Positions 39,515 through 51,486 of a DNA stretch of 64,000 nucleotides are shown piece after piece (the first letter of the stretch is position 1; every line of letters begins with the position of its first letter). The stretch covers positions 27,537,021 through 27,601,020 of the forward strand of contig NC_069004.1 in NCBI RefSeq assembly GCF_001194135.2, written 5' to 3'. This DNA is from Octopus bimaculoides (Eukaryota). The position numbers and the translations under genes were made by a program. Below the pieces are notes generated by a model, which was not told the DNA's origin, ran no database searches, and was given only the letters and a program-made list of their open reading frames with translations.

Positions 39515-40375
39515 GGAGTAAATGCCATTGACAACTTTTTTCTGCTTCTTTCTCTCCAGTTGGATTCCTGCTATTTCAGCATTGTCCCAGTATTCTATCA
39601 GATTTTGCTGCACCATGTCGTGTTTCCCTGAGGGAAGGCTTTCCTCTCCTGGCTCTTGTTGGTTTTGAATTTACTTTTACTTGTTTCAGTCATCTGACTG
39701 TAGCCATGCTGGAGCATCACCTTGAATTTTTTTAGTCGAATGAATCAACCCCAGTATTTATTTTTTAAGCCTGGTACTTATTCTATCAGTCTCTTTTGCC
39801 AAACTGCTAAGTTACTAGGACATAAACACACCAACACTAGTTGTCAATCAATTATGGGGGGGTGGCAAATACAAACACACATATATATGCAATAGGTTTC
39901 TTTCAGTTTCTGTCTACCAAATCCACTCAAGGCTTTGGTCAGCCTGAGACTATAGTTGAAGACAATTGCCCAAAGTACCATGCAGTGGGACTGAACCTGG
40001 AACCATGTGGTTGGGAAGCAAGCTTCTCACCACACAGTCAGACCTACGCCTGCTTTTCTTTAGGTAGGAGTGTTAGCAGTACCATCTTAAGACATGGACA
40101 CATGAGGATGTCACAGGTCTAGGGGCCCGATTCTCATCTATGTATGCAGTGAGCTCAGTACATTGGTTTGCCCAGAAGCTTTTAATGCTGCTGAGATGGC
40201 CCTAAGTGTTAGACCCAGAGAAACCCATTTTGACCCCTGGAAAAGGTGGTCCATATTAGTCTGGCCTCTCTTCTTCCAACATGAGAAACCTTACTAGGAG
40301 CTTGCACTTGAATGGCATAGCCCTGGGTGATTGAGGCACAAAAGCCACCACATCGCAACAAGGACTGGACCTTGT
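39515..40375 (-). mobile_element. Probable RTE-type LINE 5' leader, split by a SINE-A (39672-40050)
   Basis: Homologous to 49635-50450; minus-strand CCTTGTTGCGATGTGGTGGCTTTTGTGCCTCAATCACCCAGGGCTATGCC..CAAGCTCCTAGTAAGG resembles RTE/Rex3-type 5' UTRs (from recall, not searched). Confidence 0.55.
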
Positions 40376-40799
40376 GTTGGATCATATTGACTGAGCACTT
40401 ATTTAAGTCTGGTACCTATTTCAAACATCTTTATTTAAACCAGGGCACAGAACTGGTTAGAAGTGACAAGGAAGGTCTCTACAGCAAAGTCAGCTTATTA
40501 AATTCACTCAGATTGCATGCTTTCATTTTAGAAAAGACATACATTACATAATGTAGTTTTACATTATATCATATAAACACAAATGTGTGATGGTCACTGA
40601 TGATTATTTTTTATTACAAGTTTGCCCAGTCAGGTTAATCTGAAGCTAAACAACTACAACTTACCTCTCTCTCTAACACAAACACACACACACACACACA
40701 CACCAATTATATATTTCCTAAGTATTTTGCCTGACTCCCTACTGAACCTATTAGTTCCTATAAATACAGTGATTCAATGCTAAAGAACGATACATCTCT

Positions 40800-41100
40800 T
40801 CTATTTCTGCTGTGCTGCCCCTCTGTATCTAGTGTGCCATGCATGTTTTCAGATTGACTATTTTGCACCGCTTTGGTTTTTCAGGAATCCGGAGACTCCA
40901 TCTCATAGTTACTACAAAAAGCTTCCACACGTACACAATTGAAATATGTGTGATATCACTCCCATTTCTATTCATTCTAACCTGTAGTTTGACAGGTCAT
41001 TTATTCTTCCCTACCACTAGATTTTAAGCCTGTTATTTAAATCACATTGTATCCACTGGATTGTATTTCTCTCTAACCTTGAAAGTCTTCTGTCTCCTTC
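40800..41100 (+). mobile_element. Possible CR1/L2-group LINE 3' remnant (similar decayed piece at 36770-37140, minus)
   Basis: Weak resemblance to the SF.PRT..LWNSLP..VFP terminal region; heavily decayed. Confidence 0.3.
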
Positions 41101-41672
41101 ATCTCGTAAATAACTGTAAAACTGTAAACTATACTCATGAACTGAGTATGCTGAAGTACATCGTTTAATTTACAGTACTGTAATTTCTGTATTCAACTTC
41201 CTGAAGCTGCCTAAACTCTACACATTTGTCTTTCTCTATGTACTTATAATATATTGTAATAAATATGTATACAGTTTCATAACCATATGTTTAATAGTAA
41301 AAATATATGTAAGTCTTGCTGTGATGTTAGCTCCTCGGATAAACTTCAGTGCTTTCAGGTTTAAAATGCTGGCAGATTGGAACACAAGAGAAAATTGAGT
41401 GAACTTTGGTTATCTTTAATGAAACTTTATCTTTAATGAAAGGTAAAGCTAATTGATTCAGCCCTTACTTCACACTATTGAAAGCTGCATGGTTTCACAA
41501 TACAAACTCAATATATTATTATTAAACACTTTACATATTTATCCATTTCTCATGCTATGCTAGTTAATCATACTTTCAGAGGAATATTTTTTTTACATTT
41601 TCCTTTCTTTGTTAGATATAGGCATATTTTCAAATTGGCATTCCAATTTCTATTTAAGACTTTTATTTAGTA

Positions 41673-41875
41673 CAAGGGGATGCTGAAAAGTTCTTGGCTT
41701 TGGGTAAAAGAAAATACAGGAGAATCAATTAATTATGATTTTATTCAACATAGTCCCTTCTCAGATTCACACATTTATTGCAGCAGTCCTTGTTTTTAAG
41801 AACTTGGAAGGTTGGACGTCCAACCAGGCCTTTTCGCAATACCCTCAAAGTGAGGAACATTTCAACACCCCCTCA
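41673..41875. mobile_element. Mariner-type MITE (internally deleted), ~203 bp
   Basis: TA|CAAGGGGATGCTGAAAAGTTCTTGGCTTT ... AAAGTGAGGAACATTTCAACACCCCCTCA|TA. Confidence 0.8.
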
Positions 41876-42366
41876 TATTTTCATAGTATTGGTTTAAAAT
41901 TTTGGCACAAGGTCAGCAATATTTTGGNNNNNNNNNNNNNNNNNNNNNNNNNNNNNNNNNNNNNNNNNNNNNNNNNNNNNNNNNNNNNNNNNNNNNNNNN
42001 NNNNNNNNNNNNNNNNNNNNNNNNNNNNNNNNNNNNNNNNNNNNNNNNNNNNNNNNNNNNNNNNNNNNNNNNNNNNNNNNNNNNNNNNNNNNNNNNNNNN
42101 NNNNNNNNNNNNNNNNNNNNNNNNNNNNNNNNNNNNNNNNNNNNNNNNNNNNNNNNNNNNNNNNNNNNNNNNNNNNNNNNNNNNNNNNNNNNNNNNNNNN
42201 NNNNNNNNNNNNNNNNNNNNNNNNNNNNNNNNNNNNNNNNNNNNNNNNNNNNNNNNNNNNTTGTGTTCAGTCTCACTGTATGGCACTTTGGGCATGTGTC
42301 TTTTACTCTGGCTCTTTATAACTAAAGCCTTGCGAGTGGATTTGGTACGCAGAAACTGAAAGAAGC

Positions 42367-42417
<51 letters not shown>

Positions 42418-42889
42418 CGTGTGTGTGTTTACCCTTGTCTGGAGATCACATGATGGTTGTAAATGAGCATCTCCTTCATATTAGGGAAGTTGCTTGTTTC
42501 CAGTCTTGCGTGAAAAAAAATGTCTGGGTATGGGGGATATATTACCTTGATTGGAAACAGGTAAAAGTTGGTGACAAAAAGGAGATCTGGTTGTAAAAAA
42601 AGTCTGCCTCAGCAAATTTTGTCTGACGTATATATAAGCATGAAGAAGTGTGGACATTAAATTTAACAAATAATTCATCCGCTCCTGATCTTCAAAGGTT
42701 CATTGTCCAGTCTTATTTCTTAGGTGGCTTCAAATTTCTATAACCTTAGGTGGCTTCTAATTATGTATCATCTCGTTTAGTTTTATTTTTTTTATTTTAA
42801 AAAATTTTAGCTATGTTTACAGCTCTTTTCCTCATTTAGAATATAATGGTTGGTTCTGCTTTCATAAAGACTTCATTTATTTATCTATC

Positions 42890-43740
42890 TTTTACTTGTA
42901 TCAGCCATGGGTCTGCGGCCATGCTGGGACTTTAATCAAACAAATTGACCATAATATTTATATCATTTTAAGTCTGGTACTAATTCTATTGGTCTTTTTT
43001 GTGGAACCACTAAGTTACAGGGATGTAAACAAACCAACATTAGTTGTCAAACAGTGGTCTAGTACTTATTCAATAATTTTTTTTGTTGAACCACTAAGTT
43101 AGAGGGATGTAAACAAACCAATAACTGGTGTGGGTGGGATTACTTTTTGTAAGTCTAGTACTTATTTAGTTAGACTTTTTTTGGTCGAGCTGTTAAGTTA
43201 GAGGGATGTAAACAAACCAACGTGTGATATGGGGGAATTACTTTTCATAAGTCTAGTACATATTTTGTCAGTCTTTTTTTTGTTAAACTGCTAAGTTACA
43301 GGGATGTAAACGAACCAACAAATGCGGAGGGCCAAATACAGACACAAGGACACACACAATAGGCTCTCTCATAATTTCTTATTTCTTTATTGCCCACAAG
43401 GAGCTAAACATAGAGGGGACAAACAAGGACAGACAAAGGGATTAAGTTAATTACATTGACCCCAGTGCATAACTCGTACTTATTTAATTGACCCCAAAAG
43501 GATGAAAGGCTAAGTTGACTGTGGCAGAATTTGAACTCAGAACGTAGTGGCAGACAAAATACTGCTAAGCATTTCGCCCGGCGTGCTAATGATTCTGCCA
43601 GCTCGCCGCCTTTCTCAGGCTCTCTCATGGTTTCTGCTTACCAAATTATTGGATGGTAAGGTACAGTGCAGTGGGAATGAACCCAAAACCATGTGGTTGC
43701 AAAGTGAGCTTCTTAACAACCACACAGTCATGCCTGCACC
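42890..43740 (-). mobile_element. SINE-A with a 4x tandem-amplified internal segment and nested SINE-B1 (43373-43610)
   Basis: GATGTAAAC at 43022, 43106, 43205 and 43303; B1 flanked by AGGCTCTCTCAT (43361-43372, 43617-43628). Confidence 0.88.
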
Positions 43741-44109
43741 TGTGCAAAATATTCTTAATTAACTGAAATTTCTTTGTTAGTTGGAGAAAGGAAACAAAAT
43801 CCTAGTGACAATTGTTGGCAGTGCTCAGTAGTCCAGCGCCTTAACAGCATTATGTCACTGTAATCATTGTTCACTTCTGTTTATGAGCAGTCCTCTGATG
43901 ATAACTCTTCCTATTTAAGTTTCAATTCAATCTTGTTATTGGATATAAGTGGCTGTTTGAGAGAAACAGAATGATATATACAAATTTATGTGTATAATGC
44001 ACTGCCAAATGATGGCTTTGAACAGATTTTCGAGTGTTTGGAACAAAATAAATTTTGATCAGCTGTTTCTAATTATAAGCTGATTTCTGATACTGTTTTC
44101 CCTATTAGA

Positions 44110-44348
44110 GCAGTGGTTCTCAGCCATTTTCTTTTACCTATAGACCCCTTTGATTCCTATTTTACTCAGGTGGACCCTCATAACCATTAAATTTTTAAAA
44201 ACTCCTATTATTTTTAGAATTAGATATTAGGAATTGTATAAAACGATGTTAAAATATTTGGTGCATTGTAGAAGAATAAGGAATATATTGCTCATAATTT
44301 TTTTTTAAATCTTATATAGCGCCCCTCCCCAGGTCATATGAACCCCAC
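44110..44348. mobile_element. hAT-type MITE (family of 30841 and 17459)
   Basis: CAGTGGTTCTCAGCC left end; shared body; right end GAACCCCCACTG shortened. Confidence 0.75.
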
Positions 44349-44595
44349 TGATTTAAATATTAATGACTTGCAGGTGCACGATATTTCATTAAGCAACCAT
44401 AATATGCTACAAGGTATATTGAATGTTTTTATAAGTCAATTCCATGTTAGCAGTGCACATAAATCGTGTGTTAAGTGAAAATCTGTAGAGATGACCTTAC
44501 AGCTAGTTTAGGGTATAAATTTTGAGGAGGTGTGCTTGCTTTTGAGGAACTGTTGGTACCCGCCATTTTATGTAATGCATTTATGTAGTATATAG

Positions 44596-44955
44596 GTGCA
44601 GGTGTGGCATATGGTAAGACGTTTGCTTCCCAGCCACATGGTTCTAGCTTCAGTCCCACTGCATAGCACCTTAGGCATGTGTTTTCTATTAAAGCCCTGG
44701 GCTGACCAAAGCCTTGTGAGTATATTTGGTAGATGGAAACTGAAGGAAGCCTGCCATATATGTGTATGTGTCACTGTCATGCAGTCAGTGTCCTTCATTT
44801 CCAGTCTCCTGTGCAACATCACACAGGGAAATATTGTTTTACTTGGAAACGGGTTAGGTGTGGCCACAGGAAGGGCATCCAGCTGTAAAAAAATTCTGTC
44901 TTCACAAGTTCCCTCCAACATATGCAAGCGTAGAAAAAAAGGATGTTAAAATGAT
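44596..44955 (+). mobile_element. SINE family C (family-A head + alternative body + (GAT)n tail)
   Basis: Head matches family A up to the TG linker; body and tail shared with 42275-42660, 54712-55110 and 61470-61920. Confidence 0.85.
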
Positions 44956-45029
44956 GACAGAACTGCATTTTACCCAATCATTTCAGGCAGGAATTTTGAG
45001 AAGTTTGTTTTTGATGAACCTTTCATACC

Positions 45030-45685
45030 TACCATTTTCTCATCATTTTAACATCGACTTCTCCATGCCTCCAACAGTTTACTGAGGTAGATTTTTTATC
45101 GCCAAATGCCCATCCTGCCACCAACCCTATTCTATTTCCGCATAAAGTAATATTTCACCATGGTCAACATTTTCTCAAGGAATATTGGATATGCCTGACA
45201 TTGTATGACAGTGACAATCATCTTACATCTATCATGCAATGTCACGACAAGGAGATACAAACATACACACACACAACGGTCTTCTTTCTATTTCTTATTT
45301 CTTATTTCTTTATTGTCCACAAAGGGCTAAACATAGAGGGTACAAACAAGGACAGACAAAGGATTAAGTCGATTACATCGACCCCAGTGCGTAACTGGTA
45401 CTTAATTTATTGACCACCGAAAGTATGAATGGCAAAGTCGACCTTGGTGGAATTTGAACTCAGAACGTAACGGCAGACGAAATACCGCTAAGCATTTCAC
45501 CCGGCGTGCTAACGTTTCTGCCAGCTCGCCGTCTTCTTTCAGTTTCTACTTACCAAAATCCACTCAGAAGGCATTGCTCAGCTATGGCTATAGTATAAGA
45601 CATTTGCCCAAGGTTCCACACAGTAGGTCTGAACTCAGAACCATGTCCTTGGGAAACAAACTTCTCTCACCACATAGCCACACCA
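45030..45685 (-). mobile_element. SINE-C with nested SINE-B1 (45289-45530)
   Basis: TSD GTCTTCTTTC at 45279-45288 and 45531-45540. Confidence 0.9.
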
Positions 45686-47408
45686 GCACTTATGCAGAAT
45701 AATTAGCAAGGAGAGAAGCATTGTAAGCTTTAGCACAGAAATAGAGATCTTGTAAGCTAATTTTGTCACTATCTTTTCAACAGTTCTGTCATCAATACTT
45801 GTATTAAATAACAATGCCAGTAATAATAATGATTCTCAGCATTTGACTCGAAGCAAAGAATTTTTAAGAAAGATTATATACCCAATTAGCAACAACTCCA
45901 ATAGATAAGTTGTTCTTATTTAATCAATCCTGGGGTGACTGAAGAAAAATAAATTAACCCTAATGGGAATTGAACTTACTACAAGGTGATGTAACTAATT
46001 ACTGCAATTCACCTAGTTACGCATTAACATAATGAAAGTGATGACTACAACTTCTTAAGTAGACAACAAGTCTTGGATTTTTTTTTTTAAAAGGTATTTG
46101 AATAGCATGGTGTTAATATGCCTCTGTAGGAACATTAGCGAAACGAGTCGGTAATTAATATTTTTGCGACTTCAATTTCTTAAAAAGACTTCTGTGTTTG
46201 GTTTTGTGCATCTTTACAGCATCTATAACGAAGTTAAATGAAATAGCATGCTTTCTCAATTAGTGTCTTTTAAATTTAATGTTCATTGCTAGCTATTGAA
46301 AAGTCATTTCAATTTCATATTGTATGTATGTATATGTGTGTGTATATATATATGTATGTGATATGCTATGCTAATTATCATAGCAATGTTTTGAATAGGG
46401 CATTGGGTTAAAACATTGTTGCATTTTCCCCCACTTTCTTCGTAATTGCTATGTTCTTTCATTTCTTTAGAGAAGGAATGAATCGTGCTGTTTGAATTCA
46501 ATTTTGTAATTTCAACATTTGTGATAAAGTTAATTCATTTGCGAACCTCTTTAAGTGCAGGAGTTGTTCAATAATCGATTTACTGAAACTATATTGGGAG
46601 TTGTCAATAAGTGATTCTGGTTGTCATTCTGTTTATAAACAGCATAAATACTCAATTTTAAAATATGATTTTATTTTCACAATTTAAAATTTTTTTTTTT
46701 TTCACAGCCAGAGTGACATGTTCAAAAGTTGATTAACATATGTAAATGGTTAATGGGGGAACAAAAATTTCCATCATAAGATTTCATTCTCTTGTTTTAT
46801 AGCTTCTATATTTATACACTTGCCATCATGAGCTGAATACCCTAACCACTAAACCACATATCATTCAAATAATAGTTAAAATGCATTCTTCTTTAATAAT
46901 AAGAGGTCTGATATTGGAAATGGGGTACTGAAGACTTTTGGCGAATACACTGACCTAAATTTAGTGGAGAACACAGAAATACAGGAGATGATGTTAATAA
47001 TCCAATTATATCAAACTGCACTTAGTCAAAGTCAACATTTAGTTGTATTGCGAGACAAAAATCTCGTGTTTATTTGTTTTTTATTCTGCTTATTTATTAT
47101 TTGTTATTTTTCTCTATTTATAATTTATTTATTTTTTGTCTATAATGAGGAATCAGGAAGAAAATTTTTGAATAATTTATCTGAGAAGTCACTAATCTGA
47201 GATGACTAACATTAGCTGTGTTGAAACATATTTTCAGCGTATATATGTATATATATATATATGTATGTATGCATGTATGTATGTATGTGTGTGTATGTGT
47301 GTATCTGTGTGTGTATGTATGTGAGTGTGTGTATATATATATATGTATATATATATTGGAAATCAAAAAAAGTAAAGGCTTTTTATGAAAAGTAATGATA
47401 GATATATA

Positions 47409-47747
47409 CAGTTAGATGAACTGAGGTAGGAATAAAAGTCAGTATTGTGAATTGTTAAAGAGACTAACCTTTCAATTAATACCACTAACCCCCATACATC
47501 TCATACATCCCATACACCCTTCACATTACAGATCTATATCTACCCTAATTGCACCAAATCCAGAACTACTTACCTCCCTTACACATGTTTTTACTCAAAG
47601 ACTAGTAGACCTGAAACCGTTCAGTAAGCAGTGTGCATTCAAAGCAATGATTTGTAACATTACGAAACCGGTATGCTTTTGAATCTCTTTAACAATTCAC
47701 AATAATGACTTTTATTACTTTTATTCCCACCTCAGTTCATCTAATTG
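47409..47747. mobile_element. Tc1/pogo-type MITE, ~339 bp, long TIRs
   Basis: TA|CAGTTAGATGAACTGAGGTAGGAATAAAAGTCAGTATTGTGAATTGTTAAAGAGA ... TCTCTTTAACAATTCACAAT..CCCACCTCAGTTCATCTAATTG|TA. Confidence 0.88.
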
Positions 47748-48338
47748 TATATATCTATTGTTACTTTTCAGAAAAAGCCTTTACTTTTTTTGATTTCCAA
47801 TGTGCATTTTCGCTTATTTTTCTTCTTACTTTCCCTCTACATTTTCAGGTGTAGTTTCTATTTTGTTTTTGTAACATATTTCTATTATATATNNNNNNNN
47901 NNNNNNNNNNNNNNNNNNNNNNNNNNNNNNNNNNNNNNNNNNNNNNNNNNNNNNNNNNNNNNNNNNNNNNNNNNNNNNNNNNNNNNNNNNNNNNNNNNNN
48001 NNNNNNNNNNNNNNNNNNNNNNNNNNNNNNNNNNNNNNNNNNNNNNNNNNNNNNNNNNNNNNNNNNNNNNNNNNNNNNNNNNNNNNNNNNNNNNNNNNNN
48101 NNNNNNNNNNNNNNNNNNNNNNNNNNNNNNNNNNNNNNNNNNNNNNNNNNNNNNNNNNNNNNNNNNNNNNNNNNNNNNNNNNNNNNNNNNNNNNNNNNNN
48201 NNNNNNNNNNNNNNNNNNNCCCCCACTTTGCACATTTTTGTAGTAAATATCCATTACACTGGAGATTTACTACTACTACTACTGCCACTGCTACTACTAC
48301 CACTATTACTACTACATCATCAAAAGTAATCTTCAATT

Positions 48339-48384
<46 letters not shown>

Positions 48385-49317
48385 GCCTTCTATTCTCTTT
48401 TGAAATCTGCACTTGAATTCTCTTGGCTTCTTCGTCTTATCTTATCCCCTCTTCCCACTACTCATGTTTCACTGTCACACAGCATTAGATCACTAACACA
48501 CATGCTTTATGCAACCAGTCCTTTTTGTGTAGATAATCTCTTTCTCTTTCTCTTGTCTGTAGAAAACCAAAATACCTTAATCTCCTTTCATTCAGTGACT
48601 ACAACAAGCTCTAGATACTACTATGCTTTACAAAATGACTTGCTTCATAATAAACAAGAGATCTTCTCTCTGTTTATGTTGCCTAAACAACAGAAACTTA
48701 TCCGTTTCTTTTGATCCATAATTGCAGACAATTTCTATGCATGGATTTAAAAATACACTTATACTTACTTATATTTGAGAGTAAGTAGCAAATAGTAGAG
48801 ATGCTGTCTCCATAGTATCAACAGACTGTCTTACTTAGTTGTCAAAATATATTGTTTGTACTGTTTCTGTGTGGTTGTTGTCATTGCTTCTAGTAAGTGT
48901 TTTGTTTAGAAATATGTCTGTTCTTTGGCATACTTTGCTAATCCCGCCCCATCTTCTCTTAATCTTCTGTAGTTTCTCCATTACTTTTTTTTTTTTTTTN
49001 NNNNNNNNNTTTTTTTTTTTTGTTCTTTTACCTTGAGTCATGCTGCTTGCATTAAATATCACTACCCCCACCTCCTCAAAAATAACCCTGATCTATCTTG
49101 AGCTAAGGAAATAACTGCTAAAGAAATTATCGGTTTATTAGGCACTTGTTCCAGTGCCACGCAAAAGCAGCTGTGCTGGTGTCACATAGAGGCACCCATG
49201 CTGGTGCCATGTAAATGTGCTAGAGCCATGTAAAAAAGCACCCAGTACACTCTCTGAAATGGTTGGCATTGGAAAAGGCATCTAGCCATAGAAACTATGC
49301 CGAAGCAGATTGGAGCC

Positions 49318-49508
49318 TTAATTATCATTAAGTAACTTAGTTATCATTAAGCTTAGTTATCATTAGTAACTTAGTTATCATTAAGCTAGTGTTAGGAACA
49401 TAAATTGTGACTAAGGTTTGGTGGAAGATTATAATTCAGAGCTTTTGAAAACAAGACATTTGTACTACAGAGTCAGAGGTGGTTTTGGGCAGGTTGATAT
49501 AAAAAGGG
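49318..49508. mobile_element. Right part of a piggyBac-like MITE (family of 39289) with a locally amplified ~19-bp unit
   Basis: TAACTTAGTTATCATTAAG repeated about 4 times, then body matching 39370-39510; ends AAAGGG|TTAA. Confidence 0.8.
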
Positions 49509-49634
49509 TTAACACCCTTTAGTTTAGAAATGCGAATCTATTTCTGCAATAGAAATCAAAATTTAGATTTTTTTTTTTATAGTAGGCATTTGCGATACAA
49601 AGTTCCGTGCTTTCTCTCACTCACTCAATTACTT

Positions 49635-50450
49635 ACACCTTTGCTCTTTGTTGACCATAGGCAACCAATGACTTATCTCCACTGATCTTAAAGCTGGGCT
49701 TCCTTTTCTGTTCCTCTCCAATTGGGTCCCTATATCCGTTCAGATTTTGTTGCACCATGTCATGTTTGCCTGAAGGAAAGCCTTTCCCATGTCTCAATGG
49801 TTTTGAATTGTCATCAATGATTCTGTAACTCTGCTTTTTCCTAGGTAGGGATGTTGGTCCAATGCCAACCAATTTTTACCTCTGGGAATAGGTAGTCCTT
49901 ATTAATCTTGCCTCTGAAATTTGACCTATCCAGTGTGGGATGCCCTACAAGGAGCTTGCACTCCATTGACATAACATCAGAGTCACTTATTTTTACCTCT
50001 GGGAATAGGTAGTCCTTATTAATCTGACCTGAAATTTGACCTATCCGGTATGTGAGGCCCTAGCAGGAGCTTGCACTCCATTGACATAACATCAGAGTCA
50101 CTTATTTTTACCTCTGGGAATAGGTAGTCCTTATTAATCTGGNNNNNNNNNNNNNNNNNNNNNNNNNNNNNNNNNNNNNNNNNNNNNNNNNNNNNNNNNN
50201 NNNCAGGAGCTTGCACTCCATTGACATAACATCAGAGTCACTTATTTTTACCTCTGGGAATAGGTAGTCCTTATTAATCTTGCCTCTGAAATTTGACCTA
50301 TCCAGTGTGGGAGGCCCTACAAGGAGCTTGCACTCTATTGACATAACATCAGAGTCACTTATTTTTACCTCTGGGAATAGGTAGTCCTTATTAATCTGGC
50401 ATAACATCAGAGTCACTGAGACACATAAACCACCACACTGCAACAGGGAA
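49635..50450 (-). mobile_element. Probable RTE-type LINE 5' leader containing a 117-bp tandem array
   Basis: ACCTCTGGGAATAGG at 49878, 49995, 50110, 50250 and 50367; gap 50143-50203; homologous single-unit copy at 39515-40375. Confidence 0.7.
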
Positions 50451-51444
50451 AGCTTGTGAATAAGACCCACTGCGAGGTCAGTGCTAATTCACAAGCTTAA
50501 ACTGTCACCTGAGTAAATATCTCTACTGTGACTACCACCATCACTACCAACTAGCTTCTGGGTATTTTCACTAGAGTCCATCCCGATGCAAAAATTCGAA
50601 CTAGGTGTGAACATATAACAGGAAGGGTATATGTTTCAATAAATTCATGCTATACCAGCGTGGGAGAAAAACATGAACATAACAGTGGTGATGATGATGA
50701 TGATGATGATAATGTTGCTGTCTACTGCAGCAATCAGTGATTCATACTTCCCTCTTCCAATAATTTTGGATAATTTGTGTGTATTGTTCTTTCCCAACCC
50801 TGACTAAATCGTAAAATAAAACAAAAAGGAAAAAAACAAGCACAAAAAATGTGCCTGTTTTGTCATTCATATAAGGTCAGAATTCAATGAAACTTTGGGT
50901 GGATAGCCAAAAAGATAAGTGAGTAGTAGTTTTAATTGAGGGCAGTCTTTCAACATGAGTAAAAACGTGGTCAATATTGGGTGTAGCCAAACTAATTCAC
51001 TGTAAACAAGCCACATTTGATATTTGACACTGCATTGCCCCAAAAAATAGGTTGTATATTTTTTTGTTTTTGTTTTTTCATGTAATCTATTTTTAGAATG
51101 TGGATTTATAAGAGTTATACGAGCATCAGATGAAATACCTTGTGGCATTTCTTCTTACACTATTTTCTGAATTCAAATCTTGTCAAGATCGCATTTGTTT
51201 TTCGTCACTCCAGCCTCGATAAAATGAAGTACTAATGAAGTACTGGGATTGATCATATTGACTAATGCTCTTCCCTCAAAATTGCTGGCTTTGAACCCAA
51301 ATAAAAACAATTATACTATTAATGTGGTTTGGCAGAATCATTTGAGTATTGGATAAAATGCCTCATTTTGGCTCTTTACATTTTGGGTTTAAATCTTGCT
51401 GAGATCAACTTTGCCTTTCATCCTTCTAGGGTTGATAGAATAAA

Positions 51445-51486
51445 GTGGTTTTTGAACTCAGAACATGTTCTGAGTTCAAAAACCAC
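51445..51486. repeat. Perfect 42-bp spacerless palindrome
   Basis: GTGGTTTTTGAACTCAGAACA|TGTTCTGAGTTCAAAAACCAC, at the junction of two diverged SINE-B2 pieces (51135-51630). Confidence 0.97.

Noticed and set aside
48562-48714. Strong plus-strand acceptor followed by ~50 open codons
   Set aside because: No donor, no recognisable protein; the acceptor lies in a CT-rich low-complexity tract.
49860-50420. Regular repeats as a possible CRISPR array or repeat-protein gene
   Set aside because: Units are head-to-tail with no unique spacers, the context is eukaryotic, and a 115-bp unit breaks the frame.
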